From an uncultured delta proteobacterium (GTDB lineage: Bacteria; Myxococcota_A; Polyangia; Fen-1088), in NCBI GenBank assembly GCA_963737265.1, contig CAVTRY010000016.1, positions 64,001-128,000 of the forward strand: a stretch of 64,000 nucleotides of DNA, in the 5' to 3' direction. This document shows, one piece after another, positions 41,382 through 50,218 of the stretch. The notes under the pieces are model-generated. The model did not search any database, was not told the origin of the DNA, and saw only the letters and a program-made list of their open reading frames with translations. Each line of letters begins with the position of its first letter. Within the stretch, counting starts at the first letter, position 1. Made by a program: the position numbers and the translations under genes.

Positions 41382-42084
41382 CAGACTGAATGTGGGGAAG
41401 CTCTTCGAGCTTCCGAATCCCGGCGATCTCCTCGTCGGTCAGATCGGGGTGCCAGAACTGAAGGAAGACGTTGTATCGGACCTGCGCGCTGCGGTTCCAG
41501 ACCTCGTGCTCGAAGGAGTCGTCGAAGAGGCTGCAGGTCCCCTGTTGCTGGGCCCGGATCTCTCTCGCCACGCGCATCTCGACCCCTTGCGGGATCACCA
41601 GGCCGAAATGGCAGGTCAGCTGGGTGTTGGTGGCGCCGCAGTGGGCGGGAATGTGTGTCCCGGGCAGGAGGCGCGAGACGAATACGGTGCCCGATCGCCG
41701 CGGCACCGCGTCCACCAGCTCCATGAGGCGCGGGAACATACGGACATTGTCGTCCCATCGGTGGCCTCGATAGTCGAGGTAGAGGACGTGCCATTCGCCG
41801 GCATCCGCGCGCTCGTGCAAGATCGGACCGACGTAGTTTCGGAACGTGATCTTCTGCTGCGAAAGGAAAGCGTCGAGCTCTGCTCTGATCGCAGGGTACT
41901 CGTCTTGTAGACGGGTGAGAGAGGGGAAGGCAGCGGCGTCGTGCCACGGCCGCGCCGGCAGATCGGGCAGGTAGAACCGGGGACGTTGCAGTGGGTCCTC
42001 GGGCGGGAAGAGCGGCGGCTCCCCGGCCTGATCCCGGCGGAGCACCTCGGGCAGATTTTCGAACAGCTTCAGCAACCTCTTCAT
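41329..42084 (-). CDS. Aspartyl/asparaginyl beta-hydroxylase-domain Fe/2OG enzyme (LpxO-related superfamily)
   Basis: SRLLPGTHIPAHCG, CHFGL, FDDSFEHEVWN. Confidence 0.9.
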   Translation of the reverse strand: MKRLLKLFENLPEVLRRDQAGEPPLFPPEDPLQRPRFYLPDLPARPWHDAAAFPSLTRLQDEYPAIRAELDAFLSQQKITFRNYVGPILHERADAGEWHVLYLDYRGHRWDDNVRMFPRLMELVDAVPRRSGTVFVSRLLPGTHIPAHCGATNTQLTCHFGLVIPQGVEMRVAREIRAQQQGTCSLFDDSFEHEVWNRSAQVRYNVFLQFWHPDLTDEEIAGIRKLEELPHIQSVIQTYLEGARVMEPVSN

Positions 42085-42862
42085 GCCCGCAAATCATACA
42101 ATGCGCGTGCCAGGAACAGCCATGGTGGTGCTCATCGTGATTGGAGTCGCGTTGGCGATGTTCGTCGCCGAACGCGCCCGGCCCGGAAGGGTCTGGCCGA
42201 ACGTGTCCGGTTGGTGGGCGCGCGCGGCACTGGCGAATGGACTTCAGATTGCGGCGGTCTTTCTGGCGGGTGTGACCTGGGAGCCTTGGTTCCGGCGCCA
42301 TCGCCTGCTCTCGCTCCGCGAGCTTGGGTTCGGAACAGAGGTCATCGTCGGCTACCTCGTGAACGCGGTCACGCTCTACTGGACGCACCGCGCGCGACAC
42401 GAGATCGCCCTTCTCTGGCGCTGGCTGCACCAACTCCACCACAGTCCTTCGCGGGTCGAGATCCTCACCGCGTTCTACAAACACCCGCTCGAGATCTGCG
42501 CGGAGTCCATTCTCGCCGCCGCGATCCTGTACCTCGGCCTGGGCCTCGCGCCGCGGGCCGTGCTCGTCATCTCCGTGGTGAGCGGCTCGCTGGGCCTCTT
42601 CTATCACTGGAACGTGGCGACGCCGCGGTGGCTCGGCTACATCGTGCAGCGACCCGAGAGCCACTGCATTCACCACCAGCAGGGCGTCCACGCCTACAAC
42701 TACTCGGAGCTGCCGCTCCTCGACATGATCTTCGGGACCTTTCGAAACCCGCCGACCTTCAGCGGTGTGTGCGGCTTCGACACCGGCCGCGAGGAACGGT
42801 TTGTCGCACTCTTGCTCGGGCAGGACGTGAACGCGGAACGGACCGTCAGCCCTAAATCGTGA
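42083..42862 (+). CDS. Sterol desaturase/fatty acid hydroxylase family protein
   Basis: His boxes HRARH, HQLHHS, HCIHH; HPLE; DMIFGTF. Confidence 0.9.
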   Translation: MPANHTMRVPGTAMVVLIVIGVALAMFVAERARPGRVWPNVSGWWARAALANGLQIAAVFLAGVTWEPWFRRHRLLSLRELGFGTEVIVGYLVNAVTLYWTHRARHEIALLWRWLHQLHHSPSRVEILTAFYKHPLEICAESILAAAILYLGLGLAPRAVLVISVVSGSLGLFYHWNVATPRWLGYIVQRPESHCIHHQQGVHAYNYSELPLLDMIFGTFRNPPTFSGVCGFDTGREERFVALLLGQDVNAERTVSPKS

Positions 42863-43817
42863 GGACGATCTTGCCGAACGTCCGCCGACTGGCCAGAAGG
42901 TCGTGTGCCCGGCGAATCTCCTGCAAGGCAAGGACCTGGCCCACCTGGGGGCGGACGGAGCCGTCCGCCAGCCAGGTCCAGAGGCGCGTCGCGAGAGCGG
43001 AGGCCAGCTCGGCCCGCTCGAGCAGGGAACGGAGGTGGAAGCCCAGCACCCCGCGCGACCGGTGCAAGAGCTTCAGGGGGTCGATGGTCACGCGCTCGCC
43101 GCTGGAGATGCCGACCAGGATCTGCCGACCGAAGGAGCCGAGGAGCGCAAAGGTTCTCTGGGAGACGACCCCCCCGATGGAGTCGATTGCAAGGTCGAGC
43201 CCCCGATCGTTCGAGAGCTTCCGCACCTCGGCGTCGAACACGTCGTAGCCGCACACGATTTCGGCACCGAGCGCCGTCACGCGGTCGATTTTCTCGGGGC
43301 TTGAAACCGTCGCGACCACGCGGAGACCGAGACAGCGTGCAACCTGAACGGCCATTGTGCCGAGGGCGCCAGCCCCGGCGTGCACGAGCGCCGTCTCACC
43401 CTCGACAGCGTGGCCCGAGACGATCAGCGCACCTCCCGCGGTGAGGAGCGATACGGCGACCGCCGCGCCACTCGGAGCTGGGACAGCGTCGGGCAGCGGG
43501 AAGCAAGCCGAGGCGGGCACCACGGCTCGTTCCGCGGCCAGTCCGGTCACAGCAATCGCGCAAACGCGGGTGCCGAGCGGCGGCGCGCCGACGCCAGGAC
43601 CGTGAGCGGCGACAATTCCTTCCGCTTCCTGGCCCGCGATGAACGGCGGACGCGGACCACCCGGGTATTGCCCCGCGCGCTGAAGCAGATCCGACCAGTT
43701 GAGCCCCAAGGCCGTCACATTGAGGAGCAACTCCCCAGGGCCAGGTACAGGTTCCGGAACGTCGACCAGCTCCAGAACCTCCGGCCCACCGAAGCCGATC
43801 ACGCGAACGGCTTTCAC
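42852..43817 (-). CDS. MDR-family NADPH:quinone/enoyl reductase-like oxidoreductase
   Basis: FGGPEVL, GQEAEG, HAGAGALG, GKIVL. Confidence 0.9.
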   Translation of the reverse strand: MKAVRVIGFGGPEVLELVDVPEPVPGPGELLLNVTALGLNWSDLLQRAGQYPGGPRPPFIAGQEAEGIVAAHGPGVGAPPLGTRVCAIAVTGLAAERAVVPASACFPLPDAVPAPSGAAVAVSLLTAGGALIVSGHAVEGETALVHAGAGALGTMAVQVARCLGLRVVATVSSPEKIDRVTALGAEIVCGYDVFDAEVRKLSNDRGLDLAIDSIGGVVSQRTFALLGSFGRQILVGISSGERVTIDPLKLLHRSRGVLGFHLRSLLERAELASALATRLWTWLADGSVRPQVGQVLALQEIRRAHDLLASRRTFGKIVLTI

Positions 43818-44890
43818 TTGTCCCTCGCAATTCGACGGGCCACGAAGGCCGCATCGCGGCCAATTCCCCGGAGGTAGGGAGACGCGAGCGTGCGAACGAA
43901 GCGGGTCCCCAGAAGATAAAGGCGTGGCGTTCGCGTGCTCTCGCAGCGACGCGCGCGCGGCCACCCATCGCGGTCACGCTCGACGAGATCGCCGAGGTGC
44001 TCTGTGCGGTGAATGAAGCCGGTGGCGAAGACGAGGAGATCGGGTTTAAGCGACCGGGCGGGACCGCCGGCTTTGTCCGGGCTCAGCTGCACGGCCTCGG
44101 CGTCGTAGCGCGCCACCGCAGGGAGGCGCTCGATGGCCCCGGCGCGAATGGCCCGCGGCACCGCAAAGCCGAACATGCCGTCCTTGGGCGCCACCCAGGG
44201 ACCGATCGGACGCGCGGGAAGATGCTCCGGCAGCCAGGAGAGGTAGTGCACGTCGAGTCCCAGTATTCGGCTTGGTATTGCCCGCAGCGGTGAGCGCAGC
44301 GAGATCGAGGCTCGCCCATCTGGCCGGTGCGTCCGCAACCAAATCCCCAACACCTCCGCCGCGGAAGCGCCGCCGCCCACGACGAGCATCCGCTCGGCCG
44401 TCGAGATACGATCGGCGCGCGCGTCGACGCTGTGAATCCAGGGAAGCCGGCTGGTGGCTGGAGCAAAGTCAGGGGGCAGCTTGGGCGCGCTCACGATCCC
44501 GGTGGCATTGACGACGTGGGAGGCCGGCAGCGACCGCGCTGCAGCACCCACGCGCGCATGAACCACGAATCCCTCAGCCGTGCGCTCGACCCCGGTCGCT
44601 TCGGCCCCGGTGATGACCTCGATCGCGTTTTCAGTGCGGTACGCGTCCAGGGCGTCCAAGAACTGACCGAAGGTGGGATAGGCCGGTTTGCCGACATCGA
44701 GGCGCATTCCGGGCAGTCGAGACAGCCGAGCTGGCGAGAACAGCTTCATCTCCGGATCGACCCGGCGCAGCCCGGCGGCGGCGCTGCCGCCGCGTTCCAG
44801 CAACGAACAGGAGATCCCACGCTTGGTGAGGGAGACGGCCGCCGCGAGGCCTGCCGGACCCGCGCCGATGATCACCACGTGCGCTTTCAC
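43814..44890 (-). CDS. FAD/NAD(P)-dependent oxidoreductase (flavin monooxygenase-like)
   Basis: IIGAGPAGL, NATG, VVGGGASA, FATGF; GTGA overlaps with both neighbours. Confidence 0.85.
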   Translation of the reverse strand: MKAHVVIIGAGPAGLAAAVSLTKRGISCSLLERGGSAAAGLRRVDPEMKLFSPARLSRLPGMRLDVGKPAYPTFGQFLDALDAYRTENAIEVITGAEATGVERTAEGFVVHARVGAAARSLPASHVVNATGIVSAPKLPPDFAPATSRLPWIHSVDARADRISTAERMLVVGGGASAAEVLGIWLRTHRPDGRASISLRSPLRAIPSRILGLDVHYLSWLPEHLPARPIGPWVAPKDGMFGFAVPRAIRAGAIERLPAVARYDAEAVQLSPDKAGGPARSLKPDLLVFATGFIHRTEHLGDLVERDRDGWPRARRCESTRTPRLYLLGTRFVRTLASPYLRGIGRDAAFVARRIARDK

Positions 44891-45363
44891 GTCAGGGCAC
44901 GCGCCTTCCAGGCCGCCAGGCGCTCGCGATAGCGGCGGATAGCCTCGGCCCAGGTGGCGTCCGCCTCGCGAAGAGCCATCACCAGCTCGGCGCGACAGAG
45001 CATCTCGCCACCTTCTCGGGCGAGCGACGTCGCCACGGCGACGCTGGACGGCTCGGCGCGCTTCACCCGAGCTGAGATCACCAGCCGGGCCGGCAAAACC
45101 GCCGGTTGGAGAAAGGCGGCGTGGCGAACGAGGCCGAGGAATGCCCAGCGTGGGGTGGCGTGACGGAGCGCGGTCACCTCCTCCGCCAGTGGCCCCGCGA
45201 TCTGGGCGCACAGCTCGATCTGAAGGGAGCCCGGGAGAACCGGAGCGCCCACGAAGTGGTCGGCCAAAAAAGGGAAGGAGGGGTGATCGATCGGGATGGT
45301 CGCGCGTCCCGACGCTGCGCCGGCAGCGGCGTCAACCGTCAGCGATTCCATCAGCTCGAACAT
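44887..45363 (-). CDS. FabZ/FabA-like hot-dog dehydratase
   Basis: DHFVGAPVLPGSLQIE with catalytic His/Glu. Confidence 0.85.
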   Translation of the reverse strand: MFELMESLTVDAAAGAASGRATIPIDHPSFPFLADHFVGAPVLPGSLQIELCAQIAGPLAEEVTALRHATPRWAFLGLVRHAAFLQPAVLPARLVISARVKRAEPSSVAVATSLAREGGEMLCRAELVMALREADATWAEAIRRYRERLAAWKARALT

Positions 45364-45776
45364 GCACGCCGCGTTTCCACAAGGAGATGGTCGACCAGGC
45401 GACCGATTGCCCCGACCGTGCAGTATCTCGGCAAGGTGGCTACGTCGATCTGGGCGGGAAACAGCTCGCCGGGCGTGTCGGGCAAGAGCGCCATCAAACG
45501 TTGGCGACCGAGCGGCAGCAAGGCGCCGTCCTGGGCAAACTCATCGTCCGGGAGATCGCCGCGCGCCAGCCGATAGAGGGTCCCCTCGGCGATCACCACG
45601 CCGAAGGTGTCTTCCACCCTGAAGAGAAAATCGAGCAAATCCATCGACGTGAATGCCAGGTCGTTGAACAGCAGTTGGGTGGGCTCGATGGCCGCGCTGT
45701 CTGGCCTGGCTTGGGTCTCGCGCACGATCTGTGCGACACGATCAAACGTCGACGACCCTCCGGTTCCGCCGTTCAT
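45351..45776 (-). CDS. Extended acyl carrier protein (about 45-aa insertion)
   Basis: L.NDLAFTSMDLLD...RVEDTFGV..TVGAI ACP pattern; 141 aa. Confidence 0.78.
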   Translation of the reverse strand: MNGGTGGSSTFDRVAQIVRETQARPDSAAIEPTQLLFNDLAFTSMDLLDFLFRVEDTFGVVIAEGTLYRLARGDLPDDEFAQDGALLPLGRQRLMALLPDTPGELFPAQIDVATLPRYCTVGAIGRLVDHLLVETRRACSS

Positions 45777-46939
45777 GAGGCGCCCTCCGGCGGCGGTGAA
45801 ACGATGAGCGCTGCATTCTGGCCGCCCATTCCGAACGAAGACGAGAGCACGGCACGTGTCCGGGTGGAACGAGGCCGGGCGAGGACGTGATCGAGCGCGC
45901 AGTCCTCGTCGGGCTCGGTCAGGTTACAGGTGGGCGGCACGATCCCCGTTCGGCAGGTCTCAATGGCCACCGCGGCCTCCAAGGCCCCGGCGGCGGCCAT
46001 CGCGTGCCCGATCGCGCCCTTGACGCTGGAGACGGGGGTCTGTCGCCAGGTGTCAGCGAAGACCCTTCGCAAGGCGGCGGCTTCGGCGGGATCGCCGGCG
46101 CGTGTACCGGTGCCGTGCGCATTCACCACGTCGACCTCGGCCGCGGCGCATCCGGCGTCCTCCAGGGTTCGGCGCAGGCACAGCTCGGCGCCCAGGCCGT
46201 CGAGGGGAGGGCGATTGAGGTCGTGAGCGTCCTGGCTGACCCCGAAACCGCGCAACTCGGCGAGCGGCTCTGCCCCGCGGGCACGCGCGCCAGCGAGCGT
46301 CTCGAGGACCAGCGCGGCGCCCCCTTCGCCGAGCGCCACCCCGCGGCGCCGCCGATCAAATGGGCGGCAGGCAGTCGTCGGATCCTCCCCCGCCTGGTCG
46401 AGCGCGAGGGCCTGGAGCCAGGCGAAACCGAAAATGTAGAAGGGCGTCAGCATGGCTGTCGCGCCCCCCGCCACGCAGATCGCCACCCGGCCACTGCGGA
46501 CGAGATGGAACGCCTCCCCAATCGCGTGGGTCGCGGAGGCGCAGGCGGCGGCGATCATTCGCCGGGGATGGGCGAACCGCCCGGCCAACACCGAGAAGCA
46601 GGCGCCCGACGATCGCTCGACCGGACCGTCCGGACCTGGCCCCGAGGTGTCGAGTCCCGTCGACCACAAGAAGCCAGCTCGCTCCGGACTGATTCGAGCG
46701 TGAGCCAGCGCATCGTCGATGGGACGTCGGCTCATCTCGACGTCTCTCGCCGGGAGATCCCAGGGCAGCAGGTCGACGCCGCCGCCGACGGTGACGGGCA
46801 GGCCTGCGGTCACGAAGCGAGGCACCTGTCGGATCGCTGAGCGTCCCGCCACCAAGCCAGCCCACAGCTCGTCGACTGTCCCTCCAAACGGAGAGATCAC
46901 GCCCAGGCCCGTCACGACGACCCGCGCCCCCTCGCTCAT
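45773..46939 (-). CDS. Beta-ketoacyl-ACP synthase (FabF-like)
   Basis: VVVTGLG, AACASA, PFD..R.G..LGEG, HGTGT, KGAIGH, SSSFGMGG. Confidence 0.93.
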   Translation of the reverse strand: MSEGARVVVTGLGVISPFGGTVDELWAGLVAGRSAIRQVPRFVTAGLPVTVGGGVDLLPWDLPARDVEMSRRPIDDALAHARISPERAGFLWSTGLDTSGPGPDGPVERSSGACFSVLAGRFAHPRRMIAAACASATHAIGEAFHLVRSGRVAICVAGGATAMLTPFYIFGFAWLQALALDQAGEDPTTACRPFDRRRRGVALGEGGAALVLETLAGARARGAEPLAELRGFGVSQDAHDLNRPPLDGLGAELCLRRTLEDAGCAAAEVDVVNAHGTGTRAGDPAEAAALRRVFADTWRQTPVSSVKGAIGHAMAAAGALEAAVAIETCRTGIVPPTCNLTEPDEDCALDHVLARPRSTRTRAVLSSSFGMGGQNAALIVSPPPEGAS

Positions 46940-47673
46940 GCGACCTCGGAAATGATCGACACGTGATCGAAGCCGTCACCGTCGTCGACCGGGACGTCGT
47001 AGACATGTCGGCCGCGCGGGCAGACCGCGAGGGTGGCCAGCCAGTGGAGGAGTCCCTGCGCCGCGTGGAGGTGGGGGGCCCGCGCGCGTTCGTCGGACAA
47101 CCGCCTTCGATCGACGGCCACCAACCGGACTGTCCGACCGGCGGTGCCGAGGGGCCTCGGATCAGAGGAGAACAAAAGAGCGACGCCCGCACCGGTTCGC
47201 CCGGTCTCGTCCTGATCTCCCGCCAGGATCAAGGTCTCGACAGCCGCTCGGCCTTGCCTGCGCTCGAGGACGAATTCGAGCGCGCACCAACTCTGCCCTG
47301 GCGCGCCGCCCAGGCCCAGAAAAGGTGCCCGGTTCCCGAGCGCGATGGCCAGCGACGACAGAGCCAGGTTGTCGATCGCGTGGAGCGTGTAGGTCGGGTT
47401 CACCCGCACCGCGCTCGCGCGACCGGTTTCATGCAGCGCCCTTTCGAACTGGAGGGTGGCCCGCCAAAGCTCCGGTGAGCCGGGACGGCAGGGAGAGAGC
47501 GACACCAGCGCGACCTGGGTCTTGTCCCTGGCGGCGGATGCGGCGGTGTGGGCAGCGGCGAGGGCCAGCTTGACCGGCAGATTGAAGCGCCGGAAATCGC
47601 GCCCGAGATCGACCGCCGCCGCATCGAGCGCGGACGCATCGTGTGCTTCGGCGACACAAACGATGAAGCTCAC
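46936..47673 (-). CDS. Truncated ketosynthase-like partner (chain-length-factor-like)
   Basis: RRFN...KLAL and NPTYTLHAIDN resemble the KS N-terminal domain; no catalytic Cys/His; coupled to the KS gene. Confidence 0.55.
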   Translation of the reverse strand: MSFIVCVAEAHDASALDAAAVDLGRDFRRFNLPVKLALAAAHTAASAARDKTQVALVSLSPCRPGSPELWRATLQFERALHETGRASAVRVNPTYTLHAIDNLALSSLAIALGNRAPFLGLGGAPGQSWCALEFVLERRQGRAAVETLILAGDQDETGRTGAGVALLFSSDPRPLGTAGRTVRLVAVDRRRLSDERARAPHLHAAQGLLHWLATLAVCPRGRHVYDVPVDDGDGFDHVSIISEVA

Positions 47674-48290
47674 GCCTCCTCCGCCCAGGCCAGCGCGAAG
47701 TTCTCTGTCTCGGCGAGGGTGACGGTCGCGCCTGCGCCGAGGCCGGAAATCTGCGCGGTGCCGGCGTCGAGGTGCGACAACCCGAGGTGCGCGTCGAGCA
47801 GGGAGGCGATCCCCAGCCCGCGAAGCTTGAGGACGCACTCGAGCGCTGCCCAGGTGGCGCAGGGTGAAAGCGGCGCACCGCTGCCACCGCCGATGCCATC
47901 GCCGATGCCATCGATCGACAGGCGACCCAGCAGCCGGCGAACGCGATCGTCGTGGCGGGCATCGCACAGATCGATCGCCACGCGCCCCCGCTCTCCTTTG
48001 CGACGGGTCGTCGCCACGGCGACCCAGGCGCCGTCGTGCGACAGCGAGATGGCCAGATCCGGCCGCCCGAGCGCTCTGGGCGCGCCGTCCGAAGCACTGA
48101 CGACGCTCACCGACCTGGCGTCGTCACCGAGCAAGCGACAAAGGGCCCGACGGGCCGCCACGCGCCCCGCGATCCATTCCGTCCTCCGTCGGGTCCCGAA
48201 GCACGCCTCGGCCAGACAGCGGCGTTCGGGGCCTGTCAGAAGATCCTCTCGCCCGTCGAGCCCTTCACGGTCGAAGACGGTGACCAGCAT
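47670..48290 (-). CDS. 4'-phosphopantetheinyl transferase family protein
   Basis: RRTEWIAGR.AAR, ISLSHD, VAIDL, WAALECVLK. Confidence 0.82.
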   Translation of the reverse strand: MLVTVFDREGLDGREDLLTGPERRCLAEACFGTRRRTEWIAGRVAARRALCRLLGDDARSVSVVSASDGAPRALGRPDLAISLSHDGAWVAVATTRRKGERGRVAIDLCDARHDDRVRRLLGRLSIDGIGDGIGGGSGAPLSPCATWAALECVLKLRGLGIASLLDAHLGLSHLDAGTAQISGLGAGATVTLAETENFALAWAEEA

Positions 48291-48292
48291 CT

Positions 48293-48562
48293 TCAGGTGG
48301 TCTCCAGGGCGGCGTCGATCATCGTCGCCAGCCTGCGCAGGGTCACCCCCCCCACCACCGCTTTGGCGAGCATCTCTTTGGTCACCCGCATGTGATAGCG
48401 ATCTTCGATCGCCACGACCACGCCCAGGACGATGACCGACGAGAAGGGGACTACGGAGTCGAGAGGCTGGTCCTCGGGGCAGGTCTCGACGGGCAAGGCC
48501 AGCGTCGAATCCGGCGCCGCGGCGACGACGAGCTTGCGCAGATCATCGATGGCGACCGGCAT
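48293..48562 (-). CDS. Acyl carrier protein
   Basis: 89 aa; PL....FSSVIVL..VVAIEDRY..TLRRLA..I pattern; position in the cluster. Confidence 0.72.
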   Translation of the reverse strand: MPVAIDDLRKLVVAAAPDSTLALPVETCPEDQPLDSVVPFSSVIVLGVVVAIEDRYHMRVTKEMLAKAVVGGVTLRRLATMIDAALETT

Positions 48563-48566
48563 GGCG

Positions 48567-50159
48567 TCAGGAGACGACAGGCAGGCGGATCTTGCCGGAT
48601 GCGTCCGGGGGGCCGCTCGAATCGAGACGCACGGGTGCCGGCGACAGCGGCTCCGCTTGCGGGAAGAAACGCTCGTCTTTGTGGCGGTAGAGGTTGTTGT
48701 ACGAGCACCCGGGCATGAGGCGGCCGTCGGGCATCACGTAGTGGGTGCAGCACTTCTTGAGCCGGGCCACGTCCAGGTCGTAGCCGTCCATGAAGGCGTG
48801 GATGAAGATCGCCTTCGAGCGCGCCTCGGTCCGGCGCTCGATGTCAGACGCGGAGAGGGGATTCTTGGAGGTGAAGGTGTCCTTGAGGAAGCCCTTGAGG
48901 GAGTCCAGGATGACGTCCGAGTTTTCCCCGACCTTGGTCGCCGACCAGAGGTTGGTGATGGACGTCAGAATCATCTTCTCCAGCTGGTCGTCGGTGCGCA
49001 GGATCGCTTGGTTCGCCATGGCGTCGAGGTACTGGCGGATGTCGACGAACTCCGGCAATGGCAGGTAGCTCCCGTCGTTCATCCGGAACAGATAGGTCGC
49101 CGTGTAGCAGCTCGGGTGCGAGCAGGGGACCGGATGAAAGTGGCTCTTCTTCAGCCATCCCGTGCCTCTCTCAATCAAGTCATGGACCTCGGGCATCGTG
49201 AGGCGATGTCCAGCTGGGGTGGCGTGAAAGCCATCGCCGCCGTCGCCGGTGTGGGCCATCGGCTGGATGACGATGCTGGAGCATTGCCGGAGCTCGACAC
49301 CGAAGTTCACCAGATCGCCCAGCTCGTCCGAGTTGTCCCCCTTCGACACGGTCGGGACGAGCACGGTCGGGATGTCCAGCTCGCGAATCACGTCGATGGC
49401 CTTCATCTTCATGTCGATGAGCTCGACGCCGCGGAGCTTGGGGTAGACGTTCGGGCGGAGGGTGTCGAACTGCAGGGAGGCGTAGGCGCCGCTCGCCTTG
49501 AAGCGCTCGGCGAAGACCGGATCGTTGGCGATCCGGCGTCCGTGCGTGGAGACCAGGACGCGGCGCACCCTGCCGGCGTGGGGACCACGCAGGATGTAGT
49601 CGACGAAGTCGAAGAACTGCGGGTGCAACGTGGGCTCGCCGCCCGACAAGAAGATGGTCGCCAGCTCGCCCTCCTTCTCGATGAGCAGATCGACGCCACG
49701 TTTGAAGTGCTCGAACGAGATTGAATACTGCTGCTGGTTCCGGACGATGCAGATCGGGCAGGTCAGGTCGCACTTGTCGTTGATCTCGAAGATCGGCGAG
49801 CAGGTGTGCTGAAGGTGGTCCTCGCAGAGCCCGCAATCGAGAGGGCAGCCGTGCTCGACCTTGGTGGCAAAGCCCAGAGGCAACGTCCCCGGCTTGGTGT
49901 AGGTCAGCGACTTGACGTAGTAGTCGGCGTCGGAAGAGATGAGGACGTCGAAGTACCCGTGCGCGGTGCACTTCTTCTGCATGAACACCTGGCCACCCCG
50001 AAGGACGATGTGGGCGTCGATCACCTTCCGGCAAGACGGGCAAATCGACCGCGTGAATCCGAAGAAGGCGCTGTCGCGATCCCGTTTGCTAGGTACCGGT
50101 TCCATCGGCAAACGTTGAAGCAACTCTTGCGCCGTGTCTACTGCCCTGTCCGGGCGCAC
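48567..50159 (-). CDS. Radical SAM protein of the MJ0619/tetraether synthase (Tes, GDGT-MAS) family
   Basis: TRSICPSC..KKCTAHG, GCPLDCGLCEDH.QHTC, CDLTCPIC, SGGEPTLHP, LQFD, PCSHPSC, FMD.Y..D..RLKKCC.HY..PDGR..P.C.YN. Alternative start at 50105. Confidence 0.88.
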   Translation of the reverse strand: MRPDRAVDTAQELLQRLPMEPVPSKRDRDSAFFGFTRSICPSCRKVIDAHIVLRGGQVFMQKKCTAHGYFDVLISSDADYYVKSLTYTKPGTLPLGFATKVEHGCPLDCGLCEDHLQHTCSPIFEINDKCDLTCPICIVRNQQQYSISFEHFKRGVDLLIEKEGELATIFLSGGEPTLHPQFFDFVDYILRGPHAGRVRRVLVSTHGRRIANDPVFAERFKASGAYASLQFDTLRPNVYPKLRGVELIDMKMKAIDVIRELDIPTVLVPTVSKGDNSDELGDLVNFGVELRQCSSIVIQPMAHTGDGGDGFHATPAGHRLTMPEVHDLIERGTGWLKKSHFHPVPCSHPSCYTATYLFRMNDGSYLPLPEFVDIRQYLDAMANQAILRTDDQLEKMILTSITNLWSATKVGENSDVILDSLKGFLKDTFTSKNPLSASDIERRTEARSKAIFIHAFMDGYDLDVARLKKCCTHYVMPDGRLMPGCSYNNLYRHKDERFFPQAEPLSPAPVRLDSSGPPDASGKIRLPVVS

Positions 50160-50218
50160 GGTGACCGCCCAAAATCGGACAGATGGGACGGACAGATCGG
50201 ACGCTTCCTGTCAGCAAT

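Noticed and set aside
48567-50159. RiPP maturase or methanopterin methyltransferase interpretation of the radical SAM gene
   Set aside because: No precursor peptide, RRE or SPASM pattern is visible, and the neighbours are ACP/KS genes. The methyltransferase label is the older annotation of this family, later shown to be a lipid C-C coupling enzyme in archaea.
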